DNA of 61,976 nucleotides from a virus. Lineage: Duplodnaviria > Caudoviricetes. The notes below the pieces were generated by a model. That model worked only from the letters and a program-made list of their open reading frames with translations. It did not search any database and was not told where the DNA came from. Each line of letters begins with the position of its first letter. Position 1 is the first letter of the stretch. The position numbers and the translations under genes were made by a program. Location of the stretch: positions 1-61,976 of the IMG/VR virus record IMGVR_UViG_3300043410_000417. One strand, written 5' to 3'. This document shows, piece by piece, positions 13,817 through 22,439 of this stretch.

Positions 13817-14365
13817 TTAAGCAAAAATTAAATTAGATGAGATGCTTACTCTCACCTGACTAGACTTGTTTTCTTCTACTGAATGAAGTAGGAATCCAGG
13901 AAAGAAAACAAGAGAACTTTCTTTTGGAGTAAAGCGTTTGTGCTTCACACCACCGATCTGACCTTCAACTTCCCACCCCCAATTGGATCCACCACGCGGA
14001 TCAATCAGAAGTAAGTCACCACACCCCTTCGGCGCTTTGGCGTAGTAGGTACAGGCAATAATGGTGTTGCCATGGTTATGTGTGACAAGAGAAGTTCCAG
14101 GTCTATGGTGATTGACCCATCCGCGTGTTAGAACCATCTTACCATTGGGGATGTCTTCCTTAACCGCTTCACCGATCTCCTTGAGAATTGTTTCTCGTAA
14201 CTTACTTATACACTCGGTATTGTCGGCGTAGTTCCACAGATTGAAGTTAGATCCAGGGACTGCCTGAATTTTAGAGATCTCTGCTAGAAGTTGATTATTA
14301 AATTTCGCGTCAAAGCCAGTTGGGACTTCCCACACTGGCGTTGCCCATAGATCATGTCTTATCAT
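13817..14365 (-). CDS. 2OG-Fe(II) oxygenase (TIGR02466-like)
   Basis: WVN..HNH..DPR..FFPGFLLHSV..RVSISSN. Confidence 0.85.
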   Translation of the reverse strand: MIRHDLWATPVWEVPTGFDAKFNNQLLAEISKIQAVPGSNFNLWNYADNTECISKLRETILKEIGEAVKEDIPNGKMVLTRGWVNHHRPGTSLVTHNHGNTIIACTYYAKAPKGCGDLLLIDPRGGSNWGWEVEGQIGGVKHKRFTPKESSLVFFPGFLLHSVEENKSSQVRVSISSNLIFA

Positions 14366-14798
14366 TAGTCGCTTTACCTGTTTTAACATCACACTTCTGT
14401 AAGAACTGCAACCCATCATCGTTTCTATACGAGTTTCGATACCAGACGTTCTTAATCCCTGCACCGTAGATCATCTTGGCACAATCAATGCATGGAGCAT
14501 GGGTGATGAAGATGTCTGCGCCTTGACCAGACTCATTAGATTTAGCCAGCTTAGCGATAGCGTTCGCTTCGGCATGGATCACTTCTGGTTTGGTTTTTGT
14601 TCCGAGTGGATCACCATTGTCATCATACTCTATGTATTCACATTCGTTGTCCCAACCAGAAGGTGTTCCATTGTAACCGATAGAGATGATACGGTTGTCC
14701 TTAACGACAACAGCACCAACCTTTAGACGTTTAGCAGACGACAACTGAGCAAAACGTTCAGCCGTATCCATGAAGGCATCAATCCATTTTTGTTTCAT
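14352..14798 (-). CDS. cd: dCMP deaminase
   Basis: GYNG, HAEANA and PCIDC zinc motifs. Confidence 0.93.
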   Translation of the reverse strand: MKQKWIDAFMDTAERFAQLSSAKRLKVGAVVVKDNRIISIGYNGTPSGWDNECEYIEYDDNGDPLGTKTKPEVIHAEANAIAKLAKSNESGQGADIFITHAPCIDCAKMIYGAGIKNVWYRNSYRNDDGLQFLQKCDVKTGKATNDKT

Positions 14799-15465
14799 AA
14801 TCTTTGAATATATCATACGATTGAGCGTAACTCAATCCATCAAGTTGAATAACGAATGTCTTTCGTGTAGGCTTCGGTATTCCTACAATTTTGTGAACCG
14901 AATGGTGGGAGTAGTTATTGAACAGATACCAAGAACCACGTTGAAGAATCTCGCTGTGAGCCAGCTTTAGATTTTCTGGTGGAGCGTACTTCAACCTACG
15001 CTCTTCAAAGTCTCCGACGAGGTCATACCACCTAGTCTCAAATTCAGGAGGAGACATGACGAAATAAAGACCGCTTGTTCGGTCATGGTCTCTATGAGGT
15101 AACATGTAGTCACCGTCAGTAAATTTCTGCGCTCTAAACGAAACATTCAGGGAGTTAAACACATCAGGTAGTGACTGAATAATCTTGGTGTGTAGTGGGT
15201 CTTTTACATTATATTGGGTTTCAATGTAGCGTCGACCCTGATAAATTTTACCATATGTCTCATAGATGTTACGCACCCACTCAACTTCTTCGCCATCACC
15301 CTCGAAACCGTCCACCTCTACGTTCTTAAATGCAGCGATCTGCATTTTCTTCCAGTGAGGGAATGCTTCCTCGAAGTGAGTATTGGTATTGACGAACCCG
15401 TTACGAATAAGCCTCTCAGTTTCGGGCATCGAAAGAGATAACTTGGTCACATATGGGTTCATCAC
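14779..15465 (-). CDS. putative 2OG-Fe(II) oxygenase-fold protein
   Basis: PHRD ... HHSV ... R spacing. Confidence 0.55.
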   Translation of the reverse strand: MMNPYVTKLSLSMPETERLIRNGFVNTNTHFEEAFPHWKKMQIAAFKNVEVDGFEGDGEEVEWVRNIYETYGKIYQGRRYIETQYNVKDPLHTKIIQSLPDVFNSLNVSFRAQKFTDGDYMLPHRDHDRTSGLYFVMSPPEFETRWYDLVGDFEERRLKYAPPENLKLAHSEILQRGSWYLFNNYSHHSVHKIVGIPKPTRKTFVIQLDGLSYAQSYDIFKDYETKMD

Positions 15466-15716
15466 ATCACTCGCTTCAGTGCCTCTAAAGCATCTGGCAC
15501 ACCGTTCTCTTCAATCCACTGGTCGAAGATTTCATCTTTTGCCTGCTGAATCATAACTAAAACACGCATGGCGTCTTCATCAGTCATCGCATTTAACATC
15601 ATCTGAAATTCATCTTCTTCTAGGCTCAATAAGAAATGTAAGAAGTCTCTGTCTTCGTCTTCAAGATGCTGCACTTTCTTTGGCTTTCTTCTCAACAGGT
15701 GGGAGAATGCCAGCAT
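15462..15716 (-). CDS. acidic hypothetical protein
   Basis: ORF in operon context; true start uncertain. Confidence 0.55.
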   Translation of the reverse strand: MLAFSHLLRRKPKKVQHLEDEDRDFLHFLLSLEEDEFQMMLNAMTDEDAMRVLVMIQQAKDEIFDQWIEENGVPDALEALKRVM

Positions 15717-16107
15717 CAGTGATCAACTTACGAGTAATCTTAGGGTACAGCTTATGAAGTGTCTGGTCTTTCACAGCACATAGGAGTTTAGCTTCTTCGG
15801 GATGTACGCCTTCGAGCAATGAGATGAATAGTTGCTCACGTTTGACTGGCTTTAGATCCGCACGATTGAATACGTAGAAGCGACGAAGTTCGCCGTAAAG
15901 ATTGGTAGGAGTCATACCCATAGGTTCAGCCGTTGCCTTAAATGGAGGTTCTCCTTCTGGAAGAATCCATTTCTTATCAGGGTCAAACGCATACTCTAAA
16001 ATAGTCTTAAGCAAGACATTGTAGAGCGGATCCTTAACATACTGTTCGATCAACTTAGGGTTGGAGTTAATATCCTCAAACACCTGTGTAACATATTTTC
16101 TCATCAA
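15661..16107 (-). CDS. conserved T4-like hypothetical protein
   Basis: LPEGEPPF..KREQLFISLLEGVHPEEAKLL..KD motif seen next to rnh in T4-like phages. Confidence 0.8.
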   Translation of the reverse strand: MMRKYVTQVFEDINSNPKLIEQYVKDPLYNVLLKTILEYAFDPDKKWILPEGEPPFKATAEPMGMTPTNLYGELRRFYVFNRADLKPVKREQLFISLLEGVHPEEAKLLCAVKDQTLHKLYPKITRKLITDAGILPPVEKKAKESAAS

Positions 16108-17009
16108 AATTCCTCAATCTCATCTAGTAGCAGACGGCACTTGTTTTGAATCAAGTAGTTCATAATTGCCATCTTATCGTTCGTGGGTTTAGTATTTAGG
16201 TATGCCTGAGTGATCTCTTCTTTAACATCCTTTGGAATATTATCAAAGGCGACCAATCTCACATTACGATCCCAGTTGCGTTTCTCTTCATCGGTACGAC
16301 AGGCATCACGACCCTTCTCGATAAACTCAGCGAGACGTTTCGCACTAACTGGCTTCTGGCGTTCACCCTTAACAAAGACATCATCAGCAGAAAGAATGTT
16401 TGGGATACCGTCACCAGTATCACCCTTTGCGATGTGCTCAATGGTGAAGTCCAGAATCTCCTGCTTCGATGCAGTGACATACTTCTTCTGCATCGGTGAC
16501 CACTGGCGCACGTTGTTGCTCGAGAAGGGAGCCAATTGCAGTTGCTTGAAGTCCTTGTCAGAAGAAAGGATCAGAACTTGTTGTGGCTCTTCCATCAATC
16601 CGTCTTGGATCAATGCATTGGTCTGACACCACTCAGTCAGAACAGCAATGATGTCATCAGCTTCGGCACGATCCACATGGATGACACGGTAAGGGAAATA
16701 CTTGGACAAGTCCTCTCGCATTTCTGTGAGAGTGTCAAAGATCAAAGTCCAGTCGAGGTCACTGGCTTCGCGGTTCTTCTTTCGGCTGGCTTTGTAGTGT
16801 TGGAAGATATCTCTGCGCCAGTACTTACGACCGTCGCAGGCAATAACAATCTCTCCATATTCCTTACCATACTTCTTCTTGTATGACTTGATTGTGGATA
16901 GGGTTACGTGTCGAATCAGATTCTTCACTTCACTTTCAGTACCCTTCAACTCGCGTTGGAAGGTAAGGATGGCACTGAGTGCCACCTGACTATAATCGAC
17001 TAGAATCAT
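16104..17009 (-). CDS. rnh: T4-like RNase H (5'-3' exonuclease)
   Basis: YWRR..YKASR, EADDII, SSDKDFKQL, GDTGDGIPN. Confidence 0.93.
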   Translation of the reverse strand: MILVDYSQVALSAILTFQRELKGTESEVKNLIRHVTLSTIKSYKKKYGKEYGEIVIACDGRKYWRRDIFQHYKASRKKNREASDLDWTLIFDTLTEMREDLSKYFPYRVIHVDRAEADDIIAVLTEWCQTNALIQDGLMEEPQQVLILSSDKDFKQLQLAPFSSNNVRQWSPMQKKYVTASKQEILDFTIEHIAKGDTGDGIPNILSADDVFVKGERQKPVSAKRLAEFIEKGRDACRTDEEKRNWDRNVRLVAFDNIPKDVKEEITQAYLNTKPTNDKMAIMNYLIQNKCRLLLDEIEEF

Positions 17010-18109
17010 TAAAATGCTCCGAGCAAAATACACTCTTCATTGATTCGACCATTCGGAGTGGTTGGTTTAGTGGTAAGTTTCTTCAGAGCACCGTTCAATG
17101 CTCGCTTACCGATGGACAGACCCTTGAAGAATTCTTCGGGTTTACGTAGGGTCATTGACTTAGACTCTTTCACATCAAAGCCCAGTACAGTAGTACCCTT
17201 AACGGACAGAGAACCTTCAGCCTTATAGACCTGCACCTTACGGTACTTCGTGTTATAGACCCACAACTCAGTGGCACCGATAATGTCTTCGGCTTTACAC
17301 GACTTCAACTTGAGTTCGGCAAACTCTTTCATATACTTCATCTTAGAGACTTGCTTGGTAGGAGAAGCAGTCTTACGAGCACGAGGCGCACGAGTAGCCT
17401 TCGCGGTCTGAACCATCTGAGTACAATCAACGATGATACCTTCGATGAATGCCAGCAGCTTCTTCAGTTCTCGCTTGGTGAAGTTTGAGTATCCTTCGAC
17501 GAGATACTTGTCGTCTCCTTCGATGGCGTCACCGATCTCTCCGATTCGATTAACGAACAGGTCACCGATTCGCTTTGCGATCGGCGCAGAGACATTGTTT
17601 GCCAGAAGATAATTCTTCGCCGAGAAACTAGATTCCTTGTTGATGATGAAATCATCGATGGCTCCTTCGATCTCGCCAGCAAGTTCGTGGGCTTTCTCAT
17701 CCATACGTTCTTGGATGGAAGGTTGTGGTGCAGTGTCTTTCTGTTCTGCAGGTTTGGTTCTAGATGGCTTACCTACTTTAGTCATAATGTCGCTGACCAT
17801 GGACTGAATCTTCTCCACATGCTCGGCACGCAGAGTATTTCCATTGGTGACTAGACGACAGAGAATGCCGAGTTGGCGCACATCAAAGTCAGACGCCTTA
17901 CTGATAGCGATGACTTCGGCTTTCTTACCGAGTTTCGCAAAATACTCTAGTGCGTATTTGCGGTGGCGTTTCTCATCAACATTGAGCGAGTACCATTGCA
18001 GTGCTTGCGTGATAGAAACAACGTAGTTATCTTGATCCAGCATCGGCTCATCCACGGTACGGTTGAGTGCAGCGTGAGCCTTTGCGCGTTTTTTAGCAGT
18101 AGTTGCCAT
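17009..18109 (-). CDS. conserved T4-like hypothetical protein
   Basis: 366 aa with LWVYNTKYRK..SVKGTT..TLRKP..PNGRIN C-terminal domain; GGAGG RBS. Confidence 0.85.
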   Translation of the reverse strand: MATTAKKRAKAHAALNRTVDEPMLDQDNYVVSITQALQWYSLNVDEKRHRKYALEYFAKLGKKAEVIAISKASDFDVRQLGILCRLVTNGNTLRAEHVEKIQSMVSDIMTKVGKPSRTKPAEQKDTAPQPSIQERMDEKAHELAGEIEGAIDDFIINKESSFSAKNYLLANNVSAPIAKRIGDLFVNRIGEIGDAIEGDDKYLVEGYSNFTKRELKKLLAFIEGIIVDCTQMVQTAKATRAPRARKTASPTKQVSKMKYMKEFAELKLKSCKAEDIIGATELWVYNTKYRKVQVYKAEGSLSVKGTTVLGFDVKESKSMTLRKPEEFFKGLSIGKRALNGALKKLTTKPTTPNGRINEECILLGAF

Positions 18110-18137
18110 AGGTAAATTACCTCCATTTCAAGTATCT

Positions 18138-18166
18138 ATTATACCCTAATATGCAGGATTTGTCAA
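18138..18166 (-). promoter_or_regulatory. sigma70-type early promoter
   Basis: TTGACA-17 nt-TATAAT. Confidence 0.85.
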
Positions 18167-18981
18167 GTCCCCTTCGCGTAATCCCTTACAGCTTGTAGGG
18201 TTATTTTATACTCATTTTCCCACATAGAGAAGTGGGTGGAATTAGGAATGATGACTTCTTTAGTCTCAGTGAAATACTTTTTGAATAAATCATAACCACC
18301 AGTGGTTACTTCATAATCATATTGACCGACAATACATAATATTGGTGGAACGAAATCAACATTAAATCCATTCCTGCTATTCTTTGGATAATAATTACCC
18401 ACATCATAAACAACTTTGGCAGGAACTTTCCATTCTGTTTTACCGATAACAGAGAGAATCTTTTCCTTCCAATTATCAACCCTATTTGGTTTTGGAATTA
18501 GTTTATCACTAATATTAGCGATTCTATTTGTAATTAGTTTATCAATTGAAACATCAAGAACTTCTCCATGAGGAACAAAGTATTTCGGGTCTTGACGCAG
18601 AACAGGGCTATGAATAATAACCTTATTAAAGAAATGTGATGAAGCGATTAATGCTGGAGCAGTTGAAGTGGAGAATCCGAATATAGTTTTGTTACGATAT
18701 TTCTTCGGTAGAGATCTCGCTGCTTCTAAAATCTGCTGAGCATAACCAAGCCGATCATATGGATAAAAAGCCTTACTATTACCATATCCAACTGGATCAA
18801 ATAATGCTACATCTATCCCCTGAGAGAGAAACCACTGCGCATGTGTTCCCTCTTCAGTAGGATAATCCCAGAAAACTCTGGGAGATAAACTCTGTCCAGG
18901 TAATAAGAATAATAGGTCTTTATTACCTTCGGCAGAATAATACTTAATATAAGTTTCTTTTAGAAATAACTCTGAATACAT
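18163..18981 (-). CDS. alpha/beta hydrolase
   Basis: DPVGYGNS, GFSTS nucleophile elbow, GQYD, STHF. Confidence 0.8.
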   Translation of the reverse strand: MYSELFLKETYIKYYSAEGNKDLLFLLPGQSLSPRVFWDYPTEEGTHAQWFLSQGIDVALFDPVGYGNSKAFYPYDRLGYAQQILEAARSLPKKYRNKTIFGFSTSTAPALIASSHFFNKVIIHSPVLRQDPKYFVPHGEVLDVSIDKLITNRIANISDKLIPKPNRVDNWKEKILSVIGKTEWKVPAKVVYDVGNYYPKNSRNGFNVDFVPPILCIVGQYDYEVTTGGYDLFKKYFTETKEVIIPNSTHFSMWENEYKITLQAVRDYAKGT

Positions 18982-19784
18982 TTCAATAAATCATTTGGCA
19001 TGTATACACGACCCTCAAACATTTCTACTTCAATAACATTACCTGCAGTAGAAGTCAGAAACATCGCATCAGCATAATGTATAAATGATTCTGGTTTAAG
19101 ATCAGTATACTTAAAAGTAATACCGTTCTGGTCGCAATACTCTTTCACCTTATCCATAACCGTGCCTTGCAGACGATTGAATTTCGGAGCATAAACAACC
19201 CCACCTTGAATCATCCCGACATTGAATCCTGGACCTTCAGTGACGTAACCTCTACGGTCTGTCAGAATCGCAGTATCATAATGACGGTCAATGGCTTCCC
19301 ACTGAGCAAGCGTCAGGTCATTCCAAGCAAAGTTCTTCATTGTCTGATCAATGGCTTCGTTGCGCTTTTGTTTAGCGAGACAGACATTGGCAGTGTTAGA
19401 CTTATTAAAACCGAAATAAGGTTTAATGTATGCGTAGAAGTTAGGTGTGCAAGAAACTAAGTCGCGAGGATTACCAGAGGATGGAATTCCACGAGTGACA
19501 GCGATCCACACTAAACAATCCTTCTGGTCAAGTGGAGCCTTAACGTGAAGGACTTTCAGGATTGCTTCTAGATCTTTGGCAGTGTATCCCAAAGGAATAC
19601 GCCATCCTTCGCAACTTCTAATGAAACGATTTAGGTGCGCTTCAAGATTAACGAATTCACCATCTTTGATGGCGATTACGTCGTAGGTTGCGTCAGAATG
19701 AATAAAGCCGAGATCTAGGATGGATACCTGTAGATCTCGGACTTTACAGAAACTGCCGTTGTGGTAGGCAGGAAAATCTAGCAT
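18960..19784 (-). CDS. class IV PLP aminotransferase
   Basis: HLNRF, MKNFAWND, TEGPGFN, LQGT, FLTSTAG. Confidence 0.88.
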   Translation of the reverse strand: MLDFPAYHNGSFCKVRDLQVSILDLGFIHSDATYDVIAIKDGEFVNLEAHLNRFIRSCEGWRIPLGYTAKDLEAILKVLHVKAPLDQKDCLVWIAVTRGIPSSGNPRDLVSCTPNFYAYIKPYFGFNKSNTANVCLAKQKRNEAIDQTMKNFAWNDLTLAQWEAIDRHYDTAILTDRRGYVTEGPGFNVGMIQGGVVYAPKFNRLQGTVMDKVKEYCDQNGITFKYTDLKPESFIHYADAMFLTSTAGNVIEVEMFEGRVYMPNDLLKCIQSYF

Positions 19785-19969
19785 CAGCTTCGGTTGAAAC
19801 GTAGACCAGAACCACCAACAGCACCACTCAACAGCAGAGAAGCCAGCCAAGTATCAAAAGTGTATGGGATTGCCAGTACAGGGAACAAAGTGTTCAATGC
19901 CCAGATTGAACAGAAGGGTGCCATCACTACGATGAACAGAGCGAGGAAAACGTAAAAAAGAATTTTCAT
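19784..19969 (-). CDS. small membrane protein
   Basis: Hydrophobic ORF, IWALNTLFPVLAIPYTFDTWLA. Confidence 0.7.
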   Translation of the reverse strand: MKILFYVFLALFIVVMAPFCSIWALNTLFPVLAIPYTFDTWLASLLLSGAVGGSGLRFNRS

Positions 19970-19974
19970 AATAA

Positions 19975-20238
19975 TCACTTGTAAGAAATTAGGGATTCGA
20001 GACGGAAACTGCGCCATTCACTTTTGTCGAGATCGAATACGCGGATAGCGGATCCAGCAGTGCTGCTAGATTGGCTCGTCTTTGGGTGTTTGTCGGTTGG
20101 GATGTGGACGTCTGAGAGCGTGCATCGCATTTCGCGTTCGCTCCCATCAACTTTTGTAAATCGGACAGTGGTCTCACCAGCGCGCAAAGTTTTGAGGACA
20201 TCTTCTTTCAGAGGCTCCAGATTAGTTTCCATTATCAA
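19975..20238 (-). CDS. SH3-like / WYL_2 (DUF2693) protein
   Basis: FTKVDGSEREMRCTL..VFDLDKSEWRSFR. Confidence 0.8.
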   Translation of the reverse strand: MIMETNLEPLKEDVLKTLRAGETTVRFTKVDGSEREMRCTLSDVHIPTDKHPKTSQSSSTAGSAIRVFDLDKSEWRSFRLESLISYK

Positions 20239-20449
20239 TTTCCTTTTTAAGGGTGTTCACGATTGGTTCAAAAAACTCTACAAACTCTTTACGAGAGTAG
20301 AACGTTTGGATCTTGTTAGCGATCTCACCCTTTAGGGTAGGATCCTCAAGACGGTAACCATAAGTTACCTCGATGTTGTCGTAAGCGACTTCCTTCACTG
20401 AAAACAGTGTAGTAAATCCATTACGGCAAATTTCCCATTCATAATTCAT
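20222..20449 (-). CDS. hypothetical protein
   Basis: 75-aa ORF in operon context. Confidence 0.6.
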   Translation of the reverse strand: MNYEWEICRNGFTTLFSVKEVAYDNIEVTYGYRLEDPTLKGEIANKIQTFYSRKEFVEFFEPIVNTLKKEIDNGN

Positions 20450-20576
20450 CAGTTGCCTTTCGGTGCTTTGGGTTGCGAGTGTACTTGACCTTCGACTCTA
20501 CCACACGCATGCGGTACTTCGGGGTGCGCAAGTCTTTTGCGACCAAGTTTTTCGGTTTCGAAGGTTTATTATACAT
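20439..20576 (-). CDS. small basic protein
   Basis: 45-aa ORF below track cutoff, GAGGA RBS, MYNKPSKPKNLVAKDLRTPKYRMRVVESKVKYTRNPKHRKATDEL. Confidence 0.65.
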   Translation of the reverse strand: MYNKPSKPKNLVAKDLRTPKYRMRVVESKVKYTRNPKHRKATDEL

Positions 20577-20585
20577 CACATCCTC

Positions 20586-20807
20586 TTACAAAGCAAATTT
20601 AGAAAGCAACGATTTTGCCTCTTTGAATTCTCCTAGATCTTCTTCCAAAGCCTCTGCAATAAGCATTTGTTGCAGGGCATCCGCCAGAATTTGGTCTTCA
20701 CGACCAAGACTCTGCCACCACTGGTTATACTCATCAAAGGTATCCAGTGACCACATCATATCAAGCATTTCTACCTGATATTGCGAAAGTCCGTTAAGCT
20801 GAATCAT
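20586..20807 (-). CDS. hypothetical protein
   Basis: 73-aa ORF translationally coupled to upstream gene. Confidence 0.65.
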   Translation of the reverse strand: MIQLNGLSQYQVEMLDMMWSLDTFDEYNQWWQSLGREDQILADALQQMLIAEALEEDLGEFKEAKSLLSKFAL

Positions 20808-21076
20808 TATTTAGCTCCAATGTTAGACCATTTTGCAAGTTTCTCTTTCTTATTTACACCAGCCTTTGCAACTTCTACAGCGTCAATAAGTTTGTGCTCG
20901 ATCATTAGTTCGATCATACAAACCAAATCACCAACTTCTTCGGTTAGTCGAGCACGATTAGTCGCACCATTGTGTTCACCGTCAATACCGAATCGGAATA
21001 CCTTACTGATAGCCTGTGTTACTTCAGCGCATTCTTCCTGTGCAATTCGCAAAATCTCTTGTTCAGCCGAGTTCAT
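20807..21076 (-). CDS. MazG-like nucleotide pyrophosphohydrolase
   Basis: EECAE..AISK..EEVGDL. Confidence 0.8.
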   Translation of the reverse strand: MNSAEQEILRIAQEECAEVTQAISKVFRFGIDGEHNGATNRARLTEEVGDLVCMIELMIEHKLIDAVEVAKAGVNKKEKLAKWSNIGAK

Positions 21077-21224
21077 TATACAATTCCATTTCTAGTTCCC
21101 ACTCATCACACTGGAAGATGTAATACATCTCTTCCAGAAAGTCTTCATATTGCAGATCGATCACCTCTTGACGAATCTCGTCAGAAGCCTCTTGCAATTC
21201 CAGATTAATCTCATTAAGTTCCAT
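21063..21224 (-). CDS. very acidic 53-aa protein
   Basis: ORF below track cutoff, GAGGA RBS, first gene after early promoter. Confidence 0.65.
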   Translation of the reverse strand: MELNEINLELQEASDEIRQEVIDLQYEDFLEEMYYIFQCDEWELEMELYNELG

Positions 21225-21253
21225 GATAATTCCTCATCAACCCTAACACCGTT

Positions 21254-21282
21254 AGTATACCCTCAAGTCAAATGCAAGACAA
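21254..21282 (-). promoter_or_regulatory. sigma70-type early promoter
   Basis: TTGTCT-17 nt-TATACT with conserved upstream palindrome. Confidence 0.65.
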
Positions 21283-21379
21283 GCCCTAAATTGCAAAACC
21301 CCACACTTGGTGGGGTTTCTTTGTAACACTTAGGTTTACTTCTTTGGGTGTTTACCACCGCAAACTGGACATTCTTCGA

Positions 21380-21919
21380 TTAGACCCATAGGAAAACTCC
21401 TTGCAATAATAGGATGATACCAAGAGCACCAACACCCCAAGAGGCGTAGTACATACGCATGTCAACTGCAATAATAGAAGCAGATAGCAACACGATTGCA
21501 AGTTGGAACAACATACCAGAGAAAGTCAACCATGGGCTGTGAACACGAGCCTCATCACGAGCAGCTTCTTGGGCACGAGCCTTGTCAAGCAACTCTTTCT
21601 TTCCTTCTCCAGATTTTGGATCAGATTCATAGCGGTCAATTTTAGATTGTAGCTTTTCAACACGAGCCTTGTCGCCCATCTTCTTAGCTTCTTCAAGTTG
21701 ACCTTCAGCGATAGATTGCTTGATAGACTTAGACTGATAGAATCCGTATGTGTTGGATGCTTTCAGTAGGTTAGTCATCGCTGCACCGCTGAAACTATTG
21801 GAGAAGTAAGTATTGATTGCTAGCAACAATGCCATTACAACAATTACCAATCCTGCTTTGTCTTTAATCGCAGCTTCGCGTTCGCTACGAGTTGGGGCTT
21901 TCTTTACTTCTTCTGCCAT
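21380..21919 (-). CDS. DUF4337-like membrane protein
   Basis: TM - YQSKSIKQ coiled coil - two TM segments. Confidence 0.75.
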   Translation of the reverse strand: MAEEVKKAPTRSEREAAIKDKAGLVIVVMALLLAINTYFSNSFSGAAMTNLLKASNTYGFYQSKSIKQSIAEGQLEEAKKMGDKARVEKLQSKIDRYESDPKSGEGKKELLDKARAQEAARDEARVHSPWLTFSGMLFQLAIVLLSASIIAVDMRMYYASWGVGALGIILLLQGVFLWV

Positions 21920-21928
21920 TTTACTTCC

Positions 21929-22438
21929 TTACTTTGCTAATGGATTGTCAAGAGCCTTCTGGATCTTGGAATCGACTTCTTTCTTGATCTCTTTGATCTC
22001 ACGCTCTGTAGACTGACGGACTGAACGTAGTTCTTGATCAGTTTCGCGCTGTGACTGTTTAGTCGAACGCTCAACGTTATCAACAACAGTCTCTAGACGA
22101 CGGATGTCACCCTTAAGATCGTTCTTGATGTCCTGTGTATACTGAACAGACTTTTCGCTGTTCTGCATAGTGATTTCCATCTTTTTATTTAGTTCAGAAA
22201 GATCTGGAGCAACATACTCAGTGATACGCTTCTTCATACTTTGATAGTCTTTGTAGACTTCGAAAGCACCGTACAAGCCACCAAGAGTAGAAGAGACGAT
22301 AGTGAACGCTACCATTAGTTTGGCAGGTGTGAACTCATACCCACCGATACTAATAACAGTGTCCTTGCTAGCGTACTTCTTCGCTGCTTCTTCTAACTGG
22401 TCAACCTTAGCGTTGACGTCTTTAATTTCTTCTCCCAT
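21929..22438 (-). CDS. membrane-anchored coiled-coil protein
   Basis: One TM segment then heptad repeats ending IQKALDNPLAK. Confidence 0.8.
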   Translation of the reverse strand: MGEEIKDVNAKVDQLEEAAKKYASKDTVISIGGYEFTPAKLMVAFTIVSSTLGGLYGAFEVYKDYQSMKKRITEYVAPDLSELNKKMEITMQNSEKSVQYTQDIKNDLKGDIRRLETVVDNVERSTKQSQRETDQELRSVRQSTEREIKEIKKEVDSKIQKALDNPLAK

Positions 22439-22439
22439 T

